Shown: positions 46,069-51,039 of the stretch, in pieces
How positions within the stretch are numbered: the stretch's first letter is position 1
Layout: each line of letters starts with the position of its first letter
Source of the DNA: a virus
Lineage: Duplodnaviria > Caudoviricetes
Virus record (IMG/VR): IMGVR_UViG_3300020477_000003
Span: 1-51,039 of that record
DNA length: 51,039 nucleotides
Strand: one strand, 5' to 3'
Position numbers and translations under genes: made by a program
Notes under the pieces: generated by a model
The model's input: the letters and a program-made list of their open reading frames with translations, nothing else
Database searches by the model: none
What the model was told of the DNA's origin: nothing

Positions 46069-46854
46069 CTACTTTTTTAACATTAAGAATGCTGACGCCG
46101 CCACTCTTGGAACCTGTCCATTTCCAAGGGCCTTAAGTCTGTCCACCCTATCGGCCACCCCATGAGCCATTCGACCCACTGAGGGTTCAGGGGGCCACCG
46201 ACTTCCGCATTCAAGGGAAGAGAGTTCCGACGATGCTGAGACGGGCCGCCGTTGTTTTTCGCATCCTGAACCGTTGGTGTTGACCACTTCCGAACCGCTG
46301 TTGCCAAGCCGTCGCCTGAATGCTTGCTCGCGCCCTTCCTGTTGTAGTTTCCGTAAACCGTTGGTGTTGGCCAAAACCCAGATGCGCTTGCGCTTGTGGA
46401 GTGCGCCCGTATCTGCTGCGGATAACATACCCCATCGCGCATCATACCCCATCGCGGCCATATCCATGAGAACTTGGTCAAGTCCACGTCCTGTGAGCAT
46501 TGGGCTATTTTCCACGTAAATGTATCTCGGCATAACCTCGCCGCATATCCGCGCCATTTCCGACCAGAGCCCTGACCTTTTGCCCGAAATGCCAGCGCCT
46601 GTTCCTGCTGTGCTAATGTCTTGGCACGGGAACCCTCCGGTGATGATGTCGATGTGTCCACGCCATGGTCGGCCATCGAAGGTGGACACGTCATCCCAGA
46701 TGGGGAACTCGGGCAAGCATCCGTCTCGCTGCCTTGCGAGCAGGACTCGCCTGCAAAAGGGATTAATTTCAACAGCCGCGAGGGTGCGCCATCCAAGCAA
46801 TGACCCTCCCAAGATTCCTCCGCCTGCTCCTGCAAAAAGTGCCAGCTCATTCAC
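46069..46854 (-). CDS. C5-cytosine DNA methyltransferase, catalytic (alpha) polypeptide
   Basis: LFAGAGG, GGFPCQDIS, VENSP, HKRKRIW, LKALGNGQV; motif IX absent. Confidence 0.92.
   Translation of the reverse strand: MNELALFAGAGGGILGGSLLGWRTLAAVEINPFCRRVLLARQRDGCLPEFPIWDDVSTFDGRPWRGHIDIITGGFPCQDISTAGTGAGISGKRSGLWSEMARICGEVMPRYIYVENSPMLTGRGLDQVLMDMAAMGYDARWGMLSAADTGALHKRKRIWVLANTNGLRKLQQEGREQAFRRRLGNSGSEVVNTNGSGCEKQRRPVSASSELSSLECGSRWPPEPSVGRMAHGVADRVDRLKALGNGQVPRVAASAFLMLKK
46083..46850 (-). CDS. C5 methyltransferase beta polypeptide in an overlapping frame
   Basis: WPTPT/WSTPT repeats and motif IX LNPQWVEWLMGWPIGWTD. Confidence 0.8.
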   Translation of the reverse strand: MSWHFLQEQAEESWEGHCLDGAPSRLLKLIPFAGESCSQGSETDACPSSPSGMTCPPSMADHGVDTSTSSPEGSRAKTLAQQEQALAFRAKGQGSGRKWRGYAARLCRDTFTWKIAQCSQDVDLTKFSWIWPRWGMMRDGVCYPQQIRAHSTSASASGFWPTPTVYGNYNRKGASKHSGDGLATAVRKWSTPTVQDAKNNGGPSQHRRNSLPLNAEVGGPLNPQWVEWLMGWPIGWTDLRPLEMDRFQEWRRQHS

Positions 46855-46856
46855 GC

Positions 46857-47063
46857 CTACCTCTTCATCAATCTAATAAGTTCTTCGGTGGTGAGAGGCC
46901 TAGCTGGTCTTTCTTGTTTCTTTGACGCATTAGACATTAACCCCAATATCAACCCTGATACAAGAAGGTTTATCGAAATCGCGCCCCATACCGGCAGATA
47001 AGAAAATAGTACCCAAGGCAACCCGCCAAAAAACAACAAAAACAAAATGCAGCCGATGATCAT
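46857..47063 (-). CDS. Small two-TM membrane protein
   Basis: GGAG RBS, two hydrophobic helices. Confidence 0.6.
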   Translation of the reverse strand: MIIGCILFLLFFGGLPWVLFSYLPVWGAISINLLVSGLILGLMSNASKKQERPARPLTTEELIRLMKR

Positions 47064-47072
47064 TCAAACTCC

Positions 47073-47162
47073 AAAAAAAAGGCAGCCCTAGACACGGATG
47101 ATGTTGGTTAGGGGGAGCAGTGTCTAGGACCACCCATGCACACTAGGGTCGCTAAGTGCATG
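47073..47162 (-). ncRNA. 3'-UTR double hairpin/terminator with C-rich loop
   Basis: Hairpin, then a 15-bp stem with G-U pairs, a 24-nt loop UGCUCCCCCUAACC... and U8. Confidence 0.5.
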
Positions 47163-47165
47163 AGA

Positions 47166-47603
47166 TCACAGTCGATCCGGCAGTGCAAGTATTTCCTCTA
47201 AAAAAATGCGAAAATCGCGGCCCGATATATTCACGTCGCAAGACGAAAAATCCCGCATCAAAGCGCGAACATCACCGTCAGGGGAGATGTCGGCACGGCG
47301 GAGCGTAAGACCCCTGGTGCCGCTGCAAGCCACGGTGATGACGGTAGCAATGTTTTGACCCACGATGGCCTCGCCCCCTGCATGCAGGCCCGTGACGGGA
47401 TCATGCACCGAGTACAAAGTCGTATAAACATAATAATCCTCATCGTCGTCATCAGGCCCGTAGGGCGTAAGCGATGCATAGGTTACGCGGCGCTGCGTAT
47501 CAACAAGCTTAGAACCATCCATAAAAGGCGTTATTTGCAGGCCAATAACAACCCACGCAGAAAACCAACCCAATGCCGGTATAAGAAACCTAAGCATAAA
47601 CAC
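47166..47603 (-). CDS. Hypothetical protein with N-terminal TM/signal segment
   Basis: Hydrophobic N-terminus; start uncertain. Confidence 0.55.
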   Translation of the reverse strand: MFMLRFLIPALGWFSAWVVIGLQITPFMDGSKLVDTQRRVTYASLTPYGPDDDDEDYYVYTTLYSVHDPVTGLHAGGEAIVGQNIATVITVACSGTRGLTLRRADISPDGDVRALMRDFSSCDVNISGRDFRIFLEEILALPDRL

Positions 47604-47660
47604 CCGCCCAATTAAAACCGCCCCACAAGGCCAAAGACCGAGCGAGGCGGAACACCAAAC

Positions 47661-47716
47661 AAAAAAGAAGTGCAGGACAGAGCAAAAGGGTAACCGTCCC
47701 GCATTTTTTTATGCAT
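47661..47716 (-). ncRNA. Candidate ~55-nt small RNA or attenuator
   Basis: 10-bp stem, loop UUACCCUUUUGCU, U tract, directly after a consensus promoter. Confidence 0.45.
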
Positions 47717-47722
47717 GTAGAA

Positions 47723-47751
47723 ATTGTAATCACCAAAAGACCAAAAGGCAA
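47723..47751 (-). promoter_or_regulatory. Sigma70 promoter
   Basis: TTGCCT-17 nt-TACAAT. Confidence 0.65.
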
Positions 47752-47788
47752 GGTTTACGTCATAGAAGTTCGCAAGTAACGCAGTGCG

Positions 47789-47834
47789 TCACCGGATGCC
47801 ACCGGATGTCACCACATGTCACCACATGCCACCA
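47789..47834. repeat. 10-bp tandem repeat YCACC(GG/AC)ATG, about 4.5 copies
   Basis: tcaccggatg ccaccggatg tcaccacatg tcaccacatg ccacca. Confidence 0.85.
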
Positions 47835-48002
47835 ATAAGCCTAAAATTTGTTTTTTGTAAAATTGGCCGATCAACTTTTAAGCCTTTGTAATTTTTGAAA
47901 AATAAAACTTGGTTCCATGGAGCATGTATGATTTTATGGTCGCAAGCCTGTATTAAACCACATAGCATCGGGCTTGGGCCGTCTGGGAGGGCGGCTTTTT
48001 TT

Positions 48003-48335
48003 ATGGGCATCGTGTACTTTTTTGTCATTACTGTGATTGGCCACATCGCAGTATGGTTTCAGTGTAACGGCCAACTGCTCTACAAATCATGGGCGGACAA
48101 CCCAATGGTCGTGGCCCTGATTGGACTGCCCGTGTCATACGCTTTTATCCAAGCTACAAGAGTCGGGTATGACCATTTCGGGCAGCTGTGGCCGTTGCGA
48201 ATAATCGGGTTCTCTGTTGGGACGGCGGTTTTCGGCGTTCTAACGATGGCCATGATGGGTGAAGGGCTGACAGCAAAAACCATGCTTCTGCTTGGGCTTT
48301 GCGCGGTCATCATCATCATTCAAATAGCCATGTAG
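48003..48335 (+). CDS. Small four-TM membrane protein (DMT/SMR-like)
   Basis: Four hydrophobic helices; ...GEGLT.K..LGL..II terminus. Confidence 0.6.
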   Translation: MGIVYFFVITVIGHIAVWFQCNGQLLYKSWADNPMVVALIGLPVSYAFIQATRVGYDHFGQLWPLRIIGFSVGTAVFGVLTMAMMGEGLTAKTMLLLGLCAVIIIIQIAM

Positions 48336-48423
48336 TCAAAGGTGGGATACCTTCACGGACTACTTTGGCGTTCGGTGGGGCTAGGGCACCCGCCCCCCTG
48401 TTTTAAAAGATGACAATTTCCGA

Positions 48424-48602
48424 ATTTGGCCCCTGTGGGGCTGTGGCGGCCTTGTGTGGGGCTTTCGCGGTGGTGGTGGGGCTGCGGTGGGGCCGTGGGG
48501 CTGGGGTCGCTGTGGGCGTGGCTGGGGTGTGGGGGGCAGGGCATAAAAAAAGGCCCGCATTGCGGGCCCCTGTGGCGCTGTGGGCGTGGGTGCGGTCATG
48601 GG
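48424..48602 (+). repeat. G-rich degenerate GTGGGGC repeat tract
   Basis: Many TGGGGC/GTGGGC units, very few A residues. Confidence 0.7.
48545..48568 (-). terminator. Rho-independent terminator of the leftward early operon
   Basis: GGCCCGC-AAT-GCGGGCC plus T7. Confidence 0.8.
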
Positions 48603-49054
48603 GCCAGGTGCGCCAGGTATCGCGCCTGGGCGGCCTGGCTGGGGGCCATCGTTAAACGGTGGCTGATCTTTGTGTGACGGCTGATCAGCTTATGGGCGGC
48701 AACTTCGTCCCAGTCGGCCAGGGCTTCGGCGGCGGCCCCTTTCCAGGCAGTGCGCTCCGAGGCGGTGAAGGTTCCCCATTCGCAGATCACTTTTTGACCA
48801 GGGCCAAGAGCGGCGGCCCACTTTGGGGCCATCGCTTTCTTGATCCCGTCCAGGCCATCTTGAACGGCGGTGGCGGCCTCAAGGTCGTTAAGGGCTTGAA
48901 GCGTGGCCCGCTCCGCTGGGCTGGGGTGCTTCAAGGCCTTAAGGCGTACGTGGGCGGCCTGCACCGCTGCACGGGCGGCGGCTGTGGCGGCCTGTGCGGC
49001 GGCCTGGGCGGTGATGTGGCGGGCGATCTCTGTTTTGGTGTTTGCTGTGTTCAT
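48596..49054 (-). CDS. Ala-rich hypothetical protein
   Basis: AAAGGA RBS. Confidence 0.7.
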   Translation of the reverse strand: MNTANTKTEIARHITAQAAAQAATAAARAAVQAAHVRLKALKHPSPAERATLQALNDLEAATAVQDGLDGIKKAMAPKWAAALGPGQKVICEWGTFTASERTAWKGAAAEALADWDEVAAHKLISRHTKISHRLTMAPSQAAQARYLAHLAP

Positions 49055-49081
49055 GGTGCGATCCTTTTGCTGGGGTTGGGG

Positions 49082-49642
49082 TTACGAAATGAAATAAATG
49101 CAACGGCCATCGATTTCAAAAGTGTTGATCGGGCTAAGGTTGGCGGCGGCGGATTCCTTCCAGTCAATAAAGAGCCAGCCGATCTCGTTTAAGGCGTCGA
49201 GGGTCTCCGGATAATAGTCGGCTAAATATTCTTGTAAGGCCTCTTGCGCGTTGTCGGCGCCATAGACGTGGAACACCCGATCAGCCGTCCAGGCCTCCAA
49301 ATCAAGATCGGGCTCTTTTTCGAGGTCGGACGCCAGATCCCAGCTGTTATTTTCAAAAGCCACAGCCAGCCGATCCGCGTCATGCTGAGATCGTTCGGTG
49401 TATTCATGGAGGTTATAAAGCCACGCGCCAACACCCAACCGATCCACAATTTTGCGAATCACATAATGACCTTCAACGTCCTGGATCATGATCTCGGGAT
49501 CGGGATCGCCCAAGGTGTCGAGGCCGGCGGCCATGGCCTGATCGACGTCCTCCTGGTCGTAGCATTGATCAAGGTCGAGATCGAAGCCGCGCAAACTGCC
49601 GGCGTTGTAGATTGCATAGGTTGAAATTCTTATGGTTGTCAT
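49082..49642 (-). CDS. ardA: ArdA antirestriction protein (DNA mimic)
   Basis: STYAIYNAGSLRG..LDL, E.MIQD.E, FIDW; highly acidic. Confidence 0.8.
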   Translation of the reverse strand: MTTIRISTYAIYNAGSLRGFDLDLDQCYDQEDVDQAMAAGLDTLGDPDPEIMIQDVEGHYVIRKIVDRLGVGAWLYNLHEYTERSQHDADRLAVAFENNSWDLASDLEKEPDLDLEAWTADRVFHVYGADNAQEALQEYLADYYPETLDALNEIGWLFIDWKESAAANLSPINTFEIDGRCIYFIS

Positions 49643-49699
49643 GGTGTTTGCCTTTCAAAATGCCCGCCGTGGCGGGCTGTGTTTGGTGTGGGGGGGTGG

Positions 49700-49852
49700 C
49701 TAAAGTGCGCGCGCATAATCTAGGATAATTGTGACCTCGGCGATCCCGAGATCACTTAAGAGAAGTTGTTTTACTTCTGGGGCGGCGGCAGTGCCTTCGG
49801 TTGCTTTTATTATTCTGGCCAAGGTTTCGCGTTTGGTTTCTGTCTTTTTCAT
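49700..49852 (-). CDS. Small hypothetical protein (50 aa, absent from ORF track)
   Basis: GAAAGG RBS, MKKTETKRETLARIIKA... Confidence 0.6.
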   Translation of the reverse strand: MKKTETKRETLARIIKATEGTAAAPEVKQLLLSDLGIAEVTIILDYARAL

Positions 49853-49894
49853 GGTTTGCCTTTCGAGGTGCCCGCAGGGCGGGCGGTTGTTTGT

Positions 49895-50155
49895 TTAGTT
49901 GATATTTTGAGCGATAAGAAAACGAAGCAGATCGGCTGCGCCTTCGTGGCGCTGCTGGATCGTGCCATGGGCGCAGTCCATGATCTCAAAAGCATCGGAC
50001 AAGATCCCGCGCTGGATCGGGTCAAGGCCTGGAAAGGTCGCAACGGCGGCAGCGCGGTCACCCCTGCGGGCGTCGCAAGTGATAGCGCCGAAAGCGCGGC
50101 GGGTGGCGCGGCGACGGTCCAACATTTCGGCGGTTTTGGTAAGTTCGTTTTGCAT
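49895..50155 (-). CDS. Hypothetical protein, first gene of the leftward early operon
   Basis: AAAGGA RBS before ATG 50155. Confidence 0.65.
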   Translation of the reverse strand: MQNELTKTAEMLDRRRATRRAFGAITCDARRGDRAAAVATFPGLDPIQRGILSDAFEIMDCAHGTIQQRHEGAADLLRFLIAQNIN

Positions 50156-50474
50156 GGCGAGATCCTTTCCGTGCTTGGTTTGTGTATACACAATAATGAC
50201 TAAAATAGCGTTTGTCATCACAAAAACCAGAATAAACGAAAATAACAGTTTAAGCACCCTTAGAGCCTCGAATTTGAGGGGGGCAGATCTGGATCCGTGG
50301 TGGGTTTTTTGGGTGAAAACTGGTAAATTTGATCCTTAGCTTGGGATCATGATCCCAGCCAAGCCAGGCCCGAACCAGGGCCAAGCGCCAAAGGGTAGCA
50401 AATGACCTCGCCACACGTCGACAAAAAGCCAAGCAAGAGCGCCAGCCGTGGCCCTATATATAGTGATGGTAAAC

Positions 50475-50510
50475 GTGCAGATGTGTGCAGATGTGTGCAG
50501 ATGTGTGCAG
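50475..50510. repeat. 10-bp tandem repeat ATGTGTGCAG, 3.6 copies
   Basis: gtgcag followed by (atgtgtgcag)x3. Confidence 0.9.
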
Positions 50511-50664
50511 GCGGCCTTGGGCGTCGTGTAGGTGTGGGTGGGATACCGGACCCGCGCCCACGTTGCCAGGGCCGAGGGGCGGCCATGTGGCCAGGATCGG
50601 CGGGTTGGGCCTGGATCGGGCCTTGGTCGGTTGTGTCTGGGGCCGGATCTGATTTCGCCATAAA

Positions 50665-50713
50665 AATCAGGGACTTGCTTGGCCCCTTAAAAGTGGGCCG
50701 TAAGTCACTGATT
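50665..50713. promoter_or_regulatory. Two inverted IHF-like sites
   Basis: AATCAGggacTTG (+, 50665-50677) and AATCAGtgacTTA (-, 50701-50713) fit WATCAR-N4-TTR. Confidence 0.45.
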
Positions 50714-50962
50714 TTAAACGATTGCCATTTTGACAAATCCGGTCAATTTTTGGGGTTTTTTGGGCTGAAAATCCAGAATTTTGCCCCCCCCTTTTTAAAA
50801 GATTTTCCAAAAACGGGAGTGGCAAATTGGCGAGCGCGGCGCGGTCCGCGTGTAGGAATTTACCTACATTTGACCACCCCCCATTAAGAAAAACCTCAAA
50901 ACCGCCCCCCCCTTTTTTTTAAAAGTTTTTCCAAGGCCGGTGTGGTAAAAATACCGCGAAAC

Positions 50963-51039
50963 GTCAAAAGTTTGCCAAAATGGCAAAAAAACTATGACAA
51001 AAATGTCATATGTGTGTGTTAAACCCACAAAAGCACACA
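50963..51039. repeat. Terminal direct repeat, copy 2
   Basis: Exact copy of 1-77. Confidence 0.95.

Noticed and set aside
609-50155. Alternative genetic code
   Set aside because: Core genes are full length in the standard code and use all three stop codons
50347-50887. ORFs in the GC-rich junction region
   Set aside because: Low-complexity translations across tandem repeats, with no RBS

Overview
The window is a complete, circularly assembled tailed dsDNA phage genome of about 50,962 bp. Bases 1-77 repeat exactly at 50963-51039, most likely as an assembler overlap. It looks like a siphovirus, and I found no integrase or CI-like repressor, so it is probably lytic. Layout: (i) a non-coding junction (50160-600) with 11 TTGCCACA iterons, IHF-like sites and divergent promoters; (ii) a rightward early/accessory operon (609-10502) encoding a beta-clamp-like protein, a papain-family protease, a FliA-like sigma factor and a degenerate AcrIII-1/DUF1874-like protein; (iii) a long leftward block running terminase, portal, protease, capsid, tail, lysis, then YqaJ/RecT-like recombination, SF2 helicase, primase-DUF927 helicase, SSB, MTase and RuvC; (iv) accessory genes, including a myxobacterial-type Cys-repeat/vWA lipoprotein, a two-frame overlapping C5 methyltransferase, a small membrane protein and ArdA. 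Most notable: a prohead protease fused to a degenerate uracil-DNA-glycosylase-like domain, with its last conserved motif moved onto the scaffold; three structured minus-strand RNAs with pyrimidine-rich anti-Shine-Dalgarno-like loops, one tRNA-like and one with its own promoter; a dispersed C-run/CTTTTAAAAG motif; and duplicated tail-tube and distal-tail genes. All product calls come from recognising motifs by eye; no database searches were run.
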